Virus record (IMG/VR): IMGVR_UViG_3300006923_000016
Coordinates: 1-64,000 of that record
Reading direction: 5' to 3' (one strand)
DNA from: an uncultured virus (IMG/VR IMGVR_UViG_3300006923_000016)
Lineage: Duplodnaviria; Heunggongvirae; Uroviricota; Caudoviricetes
DNA length: 64,000 bases
The notes under the pieces were generated by a model. The model was not told where the DNA came from. It ran no database searches and saw nothing but the letters and a program-made list of their open reading frames with translations. Below are positions 28,592 to 39,322 of the stretch, in pieces (position 1 is the first letter of the stretch; every line of letters begins with the position of its first letter). The translations under genes were made by a program, and so were the position numbers.

Positions 28592-29363
28592 AGACTGTTC
28601 AAAGTTGATATGTAGCTGGCTTGATGAATTTAGGGCTGTGGTTGGTGTCGAAGAAGACATCGCCACACACCCTAGGCCATTTTATCCTTCACTACCTATT
28701 ACAGCATGGACTGGACCTATTCTAGGAAGCTGGTCTGACAGTCCAGAACATATGTTTTTCTCTATCTCTAAGCGTATGGTTAGGGGAAAGACAGGACGCA
28801 TAAAGTTCCAAGCCAAAAGGTTAAAGGAAGTAACTGCTCGTAATTATAGGCCAACATGGATTCTAGAATACATTCTGGCTTCTCTATATCAAAATGAAGG
28901 ACAAGCCCACATGATTAGACCTAACTCGAAGACTAATCTTCGAATAGGTTTGACTAAAGGTTTCAGCCTGACTGACATGTCCCTCTATATCTATTCTGTT
29001 TATGAAAACATGAGAGATGCAGAGAATAATGACTACATGCTAACCCTGAAAGAAGAATATGATGGACCACCCCGTAGCCCTAGAGTCTACGGTCACTGGA
29101 CAATCTATCCTGCACTTCTTAATGACCACACTCACCCCTATGTTTTGGATGAGATTCGTAGAAGAGTTAAGGGGAGCGTAAAGCGTTTCATTCTCCTCCA
29201 CGCAATCAACCTACACAGAACAGAAAGACGATTTTTTAATTGGATAGAGCGACACGGAGCTATGGAAGTTCTCGCTATGGATGATGACATCATCACCAAG
29301 ACACTAGCCAAAGGTTTGAAGTCCTTTGTCGAGGAATGTGAAGTCTATGACAGACCGAAGTAA
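28557..29363 (+). CDS. Hypothetical protein
   Basis: 268 aa ORF. Confidence 0.75.
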   Translation: MTKKRPQRPEVKDCSKLICSWLDEFRAVVGVEEDIATHPRPFYPSLPITAWTGPILGSWSDSPEHMFFSISKRMVRGKTGRIKFQAKRLKEVTARNYRPTWILEYILASLYQNEGQAHMIRPNSKTNLRIGLTKGFSLTDMSLYIYSVYENMRDAENNDYMLTLKEEYDGPPRSPRVYGHWTIYPALLNDHTHPYVLDEIRRRVKGSVKRFILLHAINLHRTERRFFNWIERHGAMEVLAMDDDIITKTLAKGLKSFVEECEVYDRPK

Positions 29364-29376
29364 TTGGAAAGAATAG

Positions 29377-30387
29377 ATGTTAAATATTATTGATAAGGAA
29401 TACCTTACTTTTGATGATGTCATGATGCTCCCTCAAACAAGTGATATTTCTTCACGAAGCCTAGTCGATGTATCTACTAAAGTAGGGCCGCTTGAACTGA
29501 ATAATCCTATCATCTCTGCCAACATGGATACTATTACTGGACCAGTAATGTTAGAAGCAATGCAAAAGGCTGGAGGATGGGGCTATCTGCATAGATTTGT
29601 AGACGAGACTACTCGTAAGCAATGGGCCTGTACACGTCGTCGCCCCGTCACCGTTGGCGTAGGAGAGGGAGAGCGTGAGTTCCTAAGGCAAATTATGGAC
29701 TTTGACATCAGTCATTTTCTTATCGATATCGCTCACGGTGACTCTAGGCAAACCATGGACATGATTAAGTTCATTCGATATGACTGGCCCGATGCAATCA
29801 TCTGTGCGGGCAACGTAGCTACAGCTAATGCTGCCCTTATGTTAGCCGAAACAGGAGCTGACATTATCAAGGTAGGAGTAGGTCCAGGCAGTGTATGTAT
29901 TACACGCTCTGTTACGGGCCATGGGGTCCCACAGTTAACAGCGATTGCAGACGTTGCTGAAGCCCTCAGGCCTCTCAACGTGGGCATTATTGCTGACGGA
30001 GGGATCCGGACATCAGGAGACATTGTAAAGGCCTTAGCTGCCGGTGCAGACGCTGTAATGATAGGGGGATTGTTCGCTGGCTGCGTGGAGACACCTGGTG
30101 AAAACATTATCACCCCTAGTGGAAATTTTAAGGTCTATCGAGGCATGGCATCTAAGGAAGCCTATGCTGATAACCCTAATCGTAAAAGTAAGCATCCAAC
30201 AGCAGAAGGAATCAACACCATGGTCCCCTCCAATGGACCAGCACAAGAAGTAGTTAGCAGATTAGTAGGTGGTATTCAATCAGGACTGACTTACTCTGGT
30301 GTAGCTAATCTTACTGCCCTTAGAGAAAAGGCACAATTCATTCGGGTAACTCCCACTACATTGATTGAATCAGGAGTAAGACTATGA
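29377..30387 (+). CDS. guaB: IMP dehydrogenase / GMP reductase (no CBS domains)
   Basis: [50 protein letters not shown]. Confidence 0.9.
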   Translation: MLNIIDKEYLTFDDVMMLPQTSDISSRSLVDVSTKVGPLELNNPIISANMDTITGPVMLEAMQKAGGWGYLHRFVDETTRKQWACTRRRPVTVGVGEGEREFLRQIMDFDISHFLIDIAHGDSRQTMDMIKFIRYDWPDAIICAGNVATANAALMLAETGADIIKVGVGPGSVCITRSVTGHGVPQLTAIADVAEALRPLNVGIIADGGIRTSGDIVKALAAGADAVMIGGLFAGCVETPGENIITPSGNFKVYRGMASKEAYADNPNRKSKHPTAEGINTMVPSNGPAQEVVSRLVGGIQSGLTYSGVANLTALREKAQFIRVTPTTLIESGVRL

Positions 30388-30422
30388 AAGTACCAATGAG
30401 TGTCGACACGCGAGGCTAAACA

Positions 30423-30866
30423 ATGAAGAAATACACACTAGGCTTTGCCTTCATACCAAAAGTTGAGCTAATGGTGATGATTCATAAGAACCGAGGACCC
30501 CGTGGGGTAAAGGGACTATGGAATGGATTAGGCGGTAAGCTTGAAGAAGGTGAAACCCTACACGAATGCATGACTAGAGAGTTCCAAGAAGAGTGCGGTC
30601 TTTATATACCAGAGGAAGACTGGAGTCACTTCGCCACATTTGGTGACGGTGAAACCTGGGAAGTTTACTGCTTTAAGACGGTACTGCCTGAAGGGCATGC
30701 CAACCCACAAACAATGGAGGACGAAGAGGTCGATTATCAAGCTGTATGGGATGATGTTGTTTTAAATGAATGCATTACCACATCTCGACACTTCAAGTAC
30801 CTAACCTTGCTAGCGAAAGACAGCAGGCTAGTTAATCCACCTCCATACTTTAGATTCAATTTCTAA
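30423..30866 (+). CDS. Nudix hydrolase (MutT-like)
   Basis: WNGLGGKLEEGET--ECM-REFQEECG Nudix box. Confidence 0.88.
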   Translation: MKKYTLGFAFIPKVELMVMIHKNRGPRGVKGLWNGLGGKLEEGETLHECMTREFQEECGLYIPEEDWSHFATFGDGETWEVYCFKTVLPEGHANPQTMEDEEVDYQAVWDDVVLNECITTSRHFKYLTLLAKDSRLVNPPPYFRFNF

Positions 30867-30877
30867 GAGGAAAGATC

Positions 30878-31489
30878 ATGGGAGCACACGATTACACCGT
30901 AACCTACGGACCAATGAGCAAGAGCAAAGTCAGAAAAGAATGGGCCCTACAGATCGAAGACGATCGTGCTGAGACTGGAGGCGGTGCTTACGCAGGAAAC
31001 GCCACGACAATGCATGGTCCTGTTTGGTTTGAAGACCGAAAGTTTGCTTCCTACAACAGGGCCGTGGACTTTGTCCTAGACAACCACCAGAAATGGACAG
31101 GCCCAATTGCCTGCTCCTATGCCATTGCCTATGCCCCTACCGACAGAGAGCTAGCCAAACGGCAGAAGCTTAGCGATGCAGTCAGAGCCAGCCAGCAGAA
31201 ACTGGTTGATATGAGACAGAAGATGACAAAGGACTTCTATGAAAGGAAGTCTAGGTTTGTTGGTTGTCAAGAGTGTAAGTCAAGGATAAGCATTGACTAT
31301 ATGCAGAAGAAAAAACACAGCCTTAGCTGTCCTGTGTGTGGACACTCATTCATTAGCAAGACCAATCAAGATAAACTAACCGCTGCCGATATTAAGGTAG
31401 CCAAAGCAAACGACAGACTAGCTCTCGCAAACAAGCCAAGACCAAGCAAGGAGTTTGGTTGGGTTGTAGGCGGCTGGGCAGCCTGTTAA
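30878..31489 (+). CDS. Hypothetical protein with Zn ribbon
   Basis: CQEC...CPVC pair. Confidence 0.75.
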   Translation: MGAHDYTVTYGPMSKSKVRKEWALQIEDDRAETGGGAYAGNATTMHGPVWFEDRKFASYNRAVDFVLDNHQKWTGPIACSYAIAYAPTDRELAKRQKLSDAVRASQQKLVDMRQKMTKDFYERKSRFVGCQECKSRISIDYMQKKKHSLSCPVCGHSFISKTNQDKLTAADIKVAKANDRLALANKPRPSKEFGWVVGGWAAC

Positions 31490-31538
31490 ATCATAACTAG
31501 CTGCCATCTAGTTTTATCAACTGGCATCAGGAGATAGC

Positions 31539-34500
31539 ATGAGCTTCGTACATCTACACAATCACACAGAGTATTCTCTTCTTGACGGGATCACCCGTAT
31601 CAGCGAGCTCCCTTCGGCTGTAAAGGAAATGGGAATGCCAGCCATCAGTATTACTGATCATGGTTCCCTAGCAGGAACACTCAGGTTTTATGACGAGTGT
31701 GTTAAGGCTAATATCAAGCCCATCATAGGGCTTGAAGCATACTTCAGTGAAGAGCGTTCCTTAAGGGCTGTTGATGAATTAGAAAAGTCATTCTATCACC
31801 TGGTGCTACTTGCTAAGACCGAGCAAGGCTTTCGCAATCTAATCAAAATGAACTCCCTAGGTTGGGAGACGGGCTTCTATAAGAAGGGCCGTATTGATGA
31901 CAAACTCCTTGAAGAGTACGGTGATGGGATCATTGCTACTTCAGCCTGTCTGGGTGGACGGATAGCTCAGCTGTTCCGCCGTGGCTCCAGAAAAGCTGCA
32001 GAGCATAAGATTCTCTATTACCGTGAACTCTTCAGGGAGAATTTCTTTCTAGAGATTCAGGACCACGACATCCCTGAACAAGTAGAGCTGAATAAGTTCC
32101 TTCTAGAAATTGGAGCCAAGTATGACATTCCTCCTATCCTTACAGGAGACTGTCACTATCTAAACCGTGTTGACGGTGGCGGTACTGACTCACCCCATGA
32201 GTTACTGCTTGGTGTTCAGACAAACAAGACAGTTAACGATCCTAAGAAGTTCTCCTTCGACCAAAGGGAGCACTGGGTTAAGTCTCCAAGAGAAATCCAA
32301 GAGGTAATCGACCGTAATGGTTGGCCTCAGGATCTCATGACGAACACGTTATCTATTGCCAACATGTGTGACGGAGATTACTTCGGGACCATTCGAGGCA
32401 ACTACATGCCCAAGGTGGAGGACTTCACCAAGTGGCCTAAGTTCCTCAAGAAGGATGCCAGTAAGATTCTAGAGTACGAAGCCAAGTGTGGATTAGTGAA
32501 GCGCTTTGGTGATGTTAGCTCTATTCCTGACAAATATAAGGAACGACTTAACTATGAGCTTGGAGTTATCTCTGAGCTTGGATACTCTGACTATTTCCTC
32601 ATCGTACAGGACTATACCGAGTGGGCCAAGGAACGAGAAATCCAAATTGGCCCTGGTCGAGGTAGTGTTGGGGGTAGCCTGGTGGCATGGGCTCTTGCCC
32701 TTACCTCCAGGGCTTGTGATCCTATTAAGAATGGTCTCTACTTTGAGAGGTTCCTCAACAAGTCACGAGTAAGTCCCCCAGATATTGACTCTGACTTTCA
32801 GAGGTCTAGACGAGAAGAGGTCTTGGAATATGTCCGCTCCAAGTATGGAGAAGATTATGTTGCTCATATCGGGACAAACGGAACGTTCCATCCTCGATCC
32901 GCAGCTAAAGACATGGCGCGTATTTACGGAATGTCCAGCTACGACATTAAGCAGTTGCAGGACGGTATTCCAGAGACGTGGCGAGGACTCCCTCCTACTA
33001 TTGAAGATTGTGAACGGCAGTTTCCAGCTCTCACCACCGGTAAGTTCTCAGAGATCTGGGCCAAGGCTGTTAGAATCGTCGGCCTACCGCGCACTGCGGG
33101 AAGTCATGCAAGCGGAGTTGTTATTGGAACGGGTGCACCTCTTAGGGATGTAGTCCCCATGTACAAAAGAGCCAAAGGCAAGATGATGATCACCGAGTTC
33201 GACATGAACGAACTCGAAGACCTAGGCTTTTTCAAATTTGACTTCCTTGGACTCAAGAACCTCGATGTCGTTGACAAGAGCCTTGAATTCATTGAGCAAA
33301 ATCATGGAAAGAGAATTGATCTAGATGCTGTTAGTCACAAAGACCCCGCAGTCTTCGACCTTATGTGTCGTGGAAAACTCAGTGGGGTTTTTCAGTTGGA
33401 GAAATCCCTTCGTAATATCACGATCAGAGTCCAGCCAAGAAGTCTTGATCATCTTTCTGCTATCAATGCACTTGGAAGGCCGGGACCACGAGACGCGGGT
33501 CTTGTCGAACAATACGTATCAAATAGACACGCTGCTAGCTATGAACTCCCCTACTCTGAGAAACTCTCTGAAGTTCTTCGGCCCATTCTTGAAGAATCTT
33601 TTGGGGTGATGGCCTATCAGGAACAAATCATGCGCATGGCTCAGGAGATTAGTGGCTTCTCATTGGTAGAAGCTGACAATCTTCGTAAAGCTATTGGCAA
33701 GAAGAAGCGTGACCTCATGGATAAGATGAGGTTCCAGTTTGTAGAAGGTGCCGTAGATAACGGACACAACCGAAAAGAAGTAGAAACCCTTTGGGGTAGT
33801 CGAGATGAAGTCACAGGCAAGGGTAGTGGCATCGTTGGCTTCGCTGACTATTGCTTTAACAAAGCTCACTCCTTTGCTTACAGCATCCTCTCCTACAGAG
33901 AGGCATGGCTTAAGTGCTTCTATCCTGCTGAATTCATGGCAGCTCTTATGTCCTATGAAGAGAATCATGACCTTATCAGTGCCTATGTCGCAGAAGCTAA
34001 GTCTCTTGACGTAGAGGTGAGAGGCCCCAGTGTTAACATCTCTAGGAACGGCTTCACATTCGATAACCAAAGAGCTATCGTCTTTGGTCTTGACTCTATC
34101 AAGGGGCTAGGCAAGCAAGCCGTAGCCGCTATTGTCAAGGCTAGGGGGAAGAAGGGATTTAGTTCCTTCGAGGACTTCTACGGTAGGGTTGACCAACGTA
34201 AGGTTAACCGTGGAGTCATTGAGAAGCTCATCTTTGCAGGAGCTTTCGATGAGTTCAAGTACTCTAGGCAAACACTGCTTGACCATCTCGATGGACATAA
34301 TAAATATTATTCAGACGTAGTCAAATATCATGAAAGACTGTTAGAGTGTGCAAAGCGTGATGATGAAGTTGCAATTGCAAAAGGTAAACTCTTTGAAATT
34401 GAGGCCGCTATGGCATTAATTCCAATGAGGAGAAAGGACAAGGTTACCAAGTCTCCAGACGATCAGGAAACCTTTGACGCCCTAAGAGCAAAGAAAATGC

Positions 34501-34961
34501 TTTGGAGAAAGGCAAGACCGCTAAAAGTTCCAGAGCAGCCAGTCCTTGAGACTATTCCTGTTCACTCAGGACCCAGACCAATCACCCTTGACCTATTGGG
34601 CAAGGAACGAGAGGTACTTGGGTATTATGTCTCTTTGCATCCAACTGACTTTATTACAACAGACAACCAAACTAACCACATCAACGAGATCCTGTCCGGT
34701 GACACTGGCATTTGTAACGGTGTGATTACAAGCATTAAGCGAATTATTACAAAGAGAACACGTCAACCGATGTGCTTCTTAACCATTGAGGATGCCACAG
34801 GGATGGCGGAAGTCGTAGTCTTCTCCTCTCTGTATGTGAAGTGTGCAAATAGTTTAGAAGTTGGTAGGGTAGTTCGGCTCATTTTTGATGCTGAAACTGA
34901 AGATATTCAGCCTATCAAGCTGAAAGCAAAGAGCATTCGCCTAGTGGAAGTGGAGGACTAG
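31539..34961 (+). CDS. dnaE: DNA polymerase III alpha subunit
   Basis: PHP domain HLHNHTEYSLLDG, TDHG, GRGS, PPDIDSDF, HASGV, KFDFLGL, FNKAH, C-terminal OB fold. Confidence 0.98.
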   Translation: MSFVHLHNHTEYSLLDGITRISELPSAVKEMGMPAISITDHGSLAGTLRFYDECVKANIKPIIGLEAYFSEERSLRAVDELEKSFYHLVLLAKTEQGFRNLIKMNSLGWETGFYKKGRIDDKLLEEYGDGIIATSACLGGRIAQLFRRGSRKAAEHKILYYRELFRENFFLEIQDHDIPEQVELNKFLLEIGAKYDIPPILTGDCHYLNRVDGGGTDSPHELLLGVQTNKTVNDPKKFSFDQREHWVKSPREIQEVIDRNGWPQDLMTNTLSIANMCDGDYFGTIRGNYMPKVEDFTKWPKFLKKDASKILEYEAKCGLVKRFGDVSSIPDKYKERLNYELGVISELGYSDYFLIVQDYTEWAKEREIQIGPGRGSVGGSLVAWALALTSRACDPIKNGLYFERFLNKSRVSPPDIDSDFQRSRREEVLEYVRSKYGEDYVAHIGTNGTFHPRSAAKDMARIYGMSSYDIKQLQDGIPETWRGLPPTIEDCERQFPALTTGKFSEIWAKAVRIVGLPRTAGSHASGVVIGTGAPLRDVVPMYKRAKGKMMITEFDMNELEDLGFFKFDFLGLKNLDVVDKSLEFIEQNHGKRIDLDAVSHKDPAVFDLMCRGKLSGVFQLEKSLRNITIRVQPRSLDHLSAINALGRPGPRDAGLVEQYVSNRHAASYELPYSEKLSEVLRPILEESFGVMAYQEQIMRMAQEISGFSLVEADNLRKAIGKKKRDLMDKMRFQFVEGAVDNGHNRKEVETLWGSRDEVTGKGSGIVGFADYCFNKAHSFAYSILSYREAWLKCFYPAEFMAALMSYEENHDLISAYVAEAKSLDVEVRGPSVNISRNGFTFDNQRAIVFGLDSIKGLGKQAVAAIVKARGKKGFSSFEDFYGRVDQRKVNRGVIEKLIFAGAFDEFKYSRQTLLDHLDGHNKYYSDVVKYHERLLECAKRDDEVAIAKGKLFEIEAAMALIPMRRKDKVTKSPDDQETFDALRAKKMLWRKARPLKVPEQPVLETIPVHSGPRPITLDLLGKEREVLGYYVSLHPTDFITTDNQTNHINEILSGDTGICNGVITSIKRIITKRTRQPMCFLTIEDATGMAEVVVFSSLYVKCANSLEVGRVVRLIFDAETEDIQPIKLKAKSIRLVEVED

Positions 34962-34995
34962 GGGTTAACCCCTAGTTCCTCCCAAAGGAATATAT

Positions 34996-36141
34996 ATGGC
35001 TAAAAGTAAGTTTAGATTTTGGACAAAGGAAGAAGACACCGTTGTTATTGATAACAGAGATACCCACACAGATGCAGAAATCGTGGTGCTCCTTGCATCG
35101 GAAGGCTATATGCGGAGTAGAGATGCAGTGGGACGCCGCGCAAGACGCCTCGGGCTCAATTCGGCCAGTGTCCAAGCGGTGGCTACTGACTCTGGATTCG
35201 GGGTGGCGGCTGTTAAGCCTCCTACGAAGCTCGAACTCAAAAGAATCGAAGTAGCCAAGGACATTGATGTTCAGTGGAAGAAAATCCTTGAGATGAGTAA
35301 GACCTTTAAGGAGTACCCAGTTAATAGGACGAGGGGATTTGCCCAGCCACAGCGACGTATCGTCAGCTTGTCTGATATTCACTTCCCCTTCCAGCATGAC
35401 GAATTCCTTGAGGAAGCTGTCGACATGGCCAAGGGCTGTGACGTACTGGTACTTAATGGTGACATCTTTGACTGCTATGGAATCTCTACCTTCAAGAAGG
35501 CTAAGAAAATCCCTCTGCTTAGAGAGTATGCAATCGTTCTTGAGTTCCTAAAGGGCCTAGTCAATCAGTTCCCTATTATTGTTCTCAATGCAGGCAATCA
35601 CGAAGAAAGGTTCTCTGGAACCTTACAGACAGCATTGCAGATGACAACTGAACCACCAGTAGGTGATGACCTTATGACTCGCCTAGCTCGTGGAGATATT
35701 TACGATGAGGACGGAACTCTTGCAGGAAACTACAACTGGGACAACGTCATCTACAATCCTCTACAGTCATGGTGGACTAAGATTGGCAAGACAATCTTCT
35801 GTCACCCAAGGAACTTCTCTCGTCGTCCAGGAGCCACCGTTAAACAAGCAGCTGACTGGTTCCATCAGGTAGATCATGTGGGAGAGTGGGACTCAATCGT
35901 AATGGGTCATACTCACCAGGCAGCAAAGTTCATCTATGAGGGACGTCTCATGATGGAGCAAGCTTGTCTCACCGCAGTCCACGCCTATCAGTGGGCATCA
36001 CACATTCGCTATGTTGGACAAGCCAACGGCTTCGCTGAAGTCTGGCAAGACAAGGACGGCAATACAAACTATGACAAGTCTAGGATTATTTATCTTGGAC
36101 AGCAGAGTCCACCAGCGACAAAGGTAATATTAGATGACTAA
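34996..36141 (+). CDS. Metallophosphoesterase with N-terminal HTH-like domain
   Basis: SDIH, NGDIFD, GNHE, GHTH; N-terminal WT-EED...RSRDAV-RRARRLGL. Confidence 0.82.
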   Translation: MAKSKFRFWTKEEDTVVIDNRDTHTDAEIVVLLASEGYMRSRDAVGRRARRLGLNSASVQAVATDSGFGVAAVKPPTKLELKRIEVAKDIDVQWKKILEMSKTFKEYPVNRTRGFAQPQRRIVSLSDIHFPFQHDEFLEEAVDMAKGCDVLVLNGDIFDCYGISTFKKAKKIPLLREYAIVLEFLKGLVNQFPIIVLNAGNHEERFSGTLQTALQMTTEPPVGDDLMTRLARGDIYDEDGTLAGNYNWDNVIYNPLQSWWTKIGKTIFCHPRNFSRRPGATVKQAADWFHQVDHVGEWDSIVMGHTHQAAKFIYEGRLMMEQACLTAVHAYQWASHIRYVGQANGFAEVWQDKDGNTNYDKSRIIYLGQQSPPATKVILDD

Positions 36142-36418
36142 AGACGGATTTAAAGACCTCCTAGGCATGGTAAATGCCACAGATGAAAAGATTGATGACC
36201 TGGCCTTCGCCGTGAGGGAGTCTATAACTGCCTTGGGCGGAGACGCTGTGAAGATGGCTGTTCAGATTGTCACCATCTATCGTCTGCTATTGGAACTAGA
36301 CTTAACAACGGAAGAGAAATTTAAGGAGATGTTCCTTAACACAGCAGCAACTATGCAAGAGCAAAACCTCGCCAACACAGCGCAGGAAACAGACGAGCTA
36401 TCAGACATTAGTGTCTAA
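36134..36418 (+). CDS. Hypothetical protein
   Basis: 94 aa ORF. Confidence 0.7.
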   Translation: MTKDGFKDLLGMVNATDEKIDDLAFAVRESITALGGDAVKMAVQIVTIYRLLLELDLTTEEKFKEMFLNTAATMQEQNLANTAQETDELSDISV

Positions 36419-36431
36419 GGAATAAGGAAAC

Positions 36432-37436
36432 ATGGGAGAAATATTTGACGTACTCGACCAATCGAAAATGAGCCGTGGTCCCATCAAGGGGGACTACACA
36501 ACAAACCTTTACCCAAGTGAAGGCGCGGCTGAGGTGGGAGGCGTAGTCTATGGCAAGTGTATGCGTGCCTGCTTCTTCCGTTACATGGGAAGTACCGGAC
36601 AGGAAGTAAAGCTTGAAGACGGTACAGTGGCTGTTCCACAGTCAACAAGACCTGGGCCCAAGGCACAGTGGATCTTTAAAGCAGGCAACATGTTTGAGGA
36701 TGCAATCCTTGAAGCTGCCCGAGATGCACGTATTCTTTTACAGGGTCATCTCAAAATCTCTATCCCTATTGCTGGACTTAAGCTTAACGGTGAAGTCGAC
36801 ATGGTCTTTCAAGATAAGAACGGAGACCCAGTAGGGATTGAAGTTAAGTCTGTTCATGGATCTATGGCTGAGTCTCATATCATTGGGACTGCAGGAATGA
36901 GGCGGAAGGGGCTCAAGGGTGAGCCTAAGCCTGAGCACGTCATCCAGACTGCTATCTATGCTTGGCATTTACGTGAGCAAATCCCAAGGTTCAAGCTTCT
37001 CTACATTATGAGAGGTAAATGTTTCAGGGAAGAGTTTGAGGTCATAGTTAAGAAGGACGCAGAGGGACGTCGTCAGATTTATATCGACGGCAAGCTCTGG
37101 AAGTACTTCAATCTTGACGATGTCTTTGACAGGTATAAGAAGCTTGCTTTCAACATCAATTCAGGTAAGTTGCCTGGTCGCGACTACACTCTTCTTTATG
37201 ATGATGATGCCATGAACCAGCTACTCAAGGATGGAAAGCTTACTCGTGGAGTCAAGGCCGACTGGACCAAGTACTGGGGCAGAGAGACGGACCATGCTAA
37301 GTGGACCGAGGCTGATAAAGAACTAAGAGGCAAAGAGCCTCGCAGACTGAAGCGCCCCCTAAAGGGAGACTGGCAATGTAGTTACTGCGACTTCCAAAGC
37401 CTATGCTGGAAGAAGGACGCTTCACCAAGGAAATAA
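36432..37436 (+). CDS. Cas4-like PD-(D/E)XK exonuclease
   Basis: YPSE...C-R, GEVD...IEVKS, Q-AIY, C-terminal WQCSYCDF---C. Confidence 0.82.
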   Translation: MGEIFDVLDQSKMSRGPIKGDYTTNLYPSEGAAEVGGVVYGKCMRACFFRYMGSTGQEVKLEDGTVAVPQSTRPGPKAQWIFKAGNMFEDAILEAARDARILLQGHLKISIPIAGLKLNGEVDMVFQDKNGDPVGIEVKSVHGSMAESHIIGTAGMRRKGLKGEPKPEHVIQTAIYAWHLREQIPRFKLLYIMRGKCFREEFEVIVKKDAEGRRQIYIDGKLWKYFNLDDVFDRYKKLAFNINSGKLPGRDYTLLYDDDAMNQLLKDGKLTRGVKADWTKYWGRETDHAKWTEADKELRGKEPRRLKRPLKGDWQCSYCDFQSLCWKKDASPRK

Positions 37437-37438
37437 AG

Positions 37439-37654
37439 ATGCTTCAAGCGAATGATCTACCTAGCCTCGCCCTTACCGTTAAGAGACCACAAACTCCAAT
37501 CTGTCATGGAGGAAAACTTGTGGAATTCATGACAGGCAGAACGAGCTACTACATTAACGATGATCTTGTTAGTGAAGACACCTTCCGTAAAGTCAGCTTC
37601 TATGTTCAGGTAGCTTATGACTCTTGTGGAGGCGATGATAATGCAGAGACTTAG
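37439..37654 (+). CDS. Hypothetical protein
   Basis: ATG 37439 after AAGGA; YYIND--VS motif resembles ORF 50210. Confidence 0.55.
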   Translation: MLQANDLPSLALTVKRPQTPICHGGKLVEFMTGRTSYYINDDLVSEDTFRKVSFYVQVAYDSCGGDDNAET

Positions 37655-37943
37655 ACGAACACAGCTTGTCTTTGATGATATCGAAGACCTAACAGCAATT
37701 ATAATTGAAGTTATTGTTGAAGCTATGGATATCTTTGGTGAACTTGATGGTCGAGACCCAGACGTTGTTGACTTGATCGAAGACCTAACAGACCTAGAGG
37801 TGTGGGAGGTCGTTGAGATTTTCAAGGGACTGCTCGAAGCAAATGAAGACATGTTTTTGTTTGAATTTGAAGCTCTCACACGGTGGGAGGTTGTCGACCC
37901 AGACTTCCATGAACGGGTAGTTGATTGTCTTGATGACGAATAA
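37617..37943 (+). CDS. Hypothetical acidic protein
   Basis: About 100 aa, GGAGG before 37641. Confidence 0.65.
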   Translation: MTLVEAMIMQRLRRTQLVFDDIEDLTAIIIEVIVEAMDIFGELDGRDPDVVDLIEDLTDLEVWEVVEIFKGLLEANEDMFLFEFEALTRWEVVDPDFHERVVDCLDDE

Positions 37944-38214
37944 GCTCCACTATCATGAAGTTTTATTTTATCGCCTAAAGTGGCCAGTTAAACAAGAGCT
38001 GATGCGTTTGTTTGGTTGGAAAACAGTAGAAGAAGCTGCGCAGGAATTTGATTTCCTACCTCAAGACTACCTGCCATACATACTAACAACTCCTCCCATA
38101 TGGGAGGGAGACATTCTCTACTATGAAGGTGACATCTTCATGAGTAGGTACAAAGGAAAGACACATGATCTCACGCAATCAGCTGACAGATTATCTTCGA
38201 ACACACTGGATTAA
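37933..38214 (+). CDS. Hypothetical protein
   Basis: ATG 37933 overlapping the upstream stop. Confidence 0.6.
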   Translation: MTNKLHYHEVLFYRLKWPVKQELMRLFGWKTVEEAAQEFDFLPQDYLPYILTTPPIWEGDILYYEGDIFMSRYKGKTHDLTQSADRLSSNTLD

Positions 38215-38632
38215 TGACGTTGACAGCGTAGCTACGGGCATTCAGGCCTGGCTAAGCACTATTAACGTTCCCGCTAAGACAGTGGTAACACATACAACAA
38301 CCCCAAGCACTTCTCGTTCTGAAGCTGGTCGGAAGGCAGCTGCAACGCGTACAGCAGCTCGAACTTGGGTCTCCAGAGACGGTAAGAGCTACGTAGTATT
38401 CTCTCGTGATGACACCAATGGTGTGAGAGTTCCGCGTACTTTTGTTCGGGACCGTCTGGGTGCAAGCCCTGGTGACAATGTATTAATCGTTGGAACTAAG
38501 GGAATCAGTTCAACCTCCTTAACCGTTAGACGTGATGGTAGCCTGTACGTAGGCTCTAGCATTATTAACGGATTTAAGAACTTGAGCTTCCGGTTCCGGA
38601 CAGACAACGGTAAGCTTGTAATCAAGGCGTAA
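38165..38632 (+). CDS. Putative DNA-binding protein (AbrB-like C-terminus)
   Basis: RSEAGRKAAATR; VRVPRTFVRDRLGASPGDNV resembles the AbrB/MazE fold. Confidence 0.55.
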   Translation: MISRNQLTDYLRTHWINDVDSVATGIQAWLSTINVPAKTVVTHTTTPSTSRSEAGRKAAATRTAARTWVSRDGKSYVVFSRDDTNGVRVPRTFVRDRLGASPGDNVLIVGTKGISSTSLTVRRDGSLYVGSSIINGFKNLSFRFRTDNGKLVIKA

Positions 38633-39183
38633 TGACAAAGATTGGGATCTTCTTAGACCGGGATGGTGTGTTGAATATCAACACCCATTACCCACACCTT
38701 ATTGAAGATTGTTACCCGGCACCTACGGCCAAGAAGGCTATGGAACGAATCCTCGCGGACGATAGGTTTATTCCTATTGTGGTAACAAACCAAGGAGGAG
38801 TGGGTCAGGGGCACTACTCTAAAAGGGACTGCTTTAGCTTTCAGCTAGAGCTAATGAGGCAGCTTGACTGCACGATCCCTCGAAGACAGTGGTATCACAG
38901 CTGGGCCACAGAAGATAATCACTTCCTAAGGAAGCCCAATCCAGGCATGTTGTTGAGGGCTGCCCAGGATCATGATATTGATCTTGGGCAGTCCGCTATG
39001 TTTGGGGATAAAGAGTCGGACATGCTAGCTGGAATAAAAGCTGGCTGTTGTGCGGTATACTTAATAGGAGAGGGACGACCGTCTCTCTTTTCACAAGTAG
39101 ACGCATTCATGGAGGCCACATGTCAGACTACGAACGACCTCACCTCAGACTCCCGGTACCCGAAAGGAAGATTACCGAGGTAG
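38632..39183 (+). CDS. gmhB: D,D-heptose 1,7-bisphosphate phosphatase (HAD)
   Basis: FLDRDGVLN, VVTNQGGV, RKPNPGML, GDKESD--AG. Confidence 0.85.
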   Translation: MTKIGIFLDRDGVLNINTHYPHLIEDCYPAPTAKKAMERILADDRFIPIVVTNQGGVGQGHYSKRDCFSFQLELMRQLDCTIPRRQWYHSWATEDNHFLRKPNPGMLLRAAQDHDIDLGQSAMFGDKESDMLAGIKAGCCAVYLIGEGRPSLFSQVDAFMEATCQTTNDLTSDSRYPKGRLPR

Positions 39184-39314
39184 CAGACAACAGGGAAACT
39201 ATCCCTGATAAGGCTGTTATCGAAAAGAATACATTTGTTGTTGACCTTACAGTCGACTTCGATGCTTACGGAGAGTACGACGCCAACAATGGGAAGAACG
39301 TATTCGATATGTAG
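39120..39314 (+). CDS. Hypothetical protein
   Basis: ATG 39120 after GGAGG. Confidence 0.55.
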   Translation: MSDYERPHLRLPVPERKITEVADNRETIPDKAVIEKNTFVVDLTVDFDAYGEYDANNGKNVFDM

Positions 39315-39322
39315 GACACACC

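Noticed and set aside
33840..33875. DnaE Y|CFNKAH intein insertion site
   Set aside because: The site is empty; no intein motifs were seen in DnaE, RecA, NrdJ or the helicase.
36432..37436. Cas4-like gene as part of a CRISPR-Cas system
   Set aside because: No repeat-spacer array or other cas genes seen; stand-alone Cas4-like nucleases are common in phages.
37921..37943. MIVLMT start as a tag-family member
   Set aside because: TTG start in the +1 frame of the upstream gene; ATG 37933 is more plausible.
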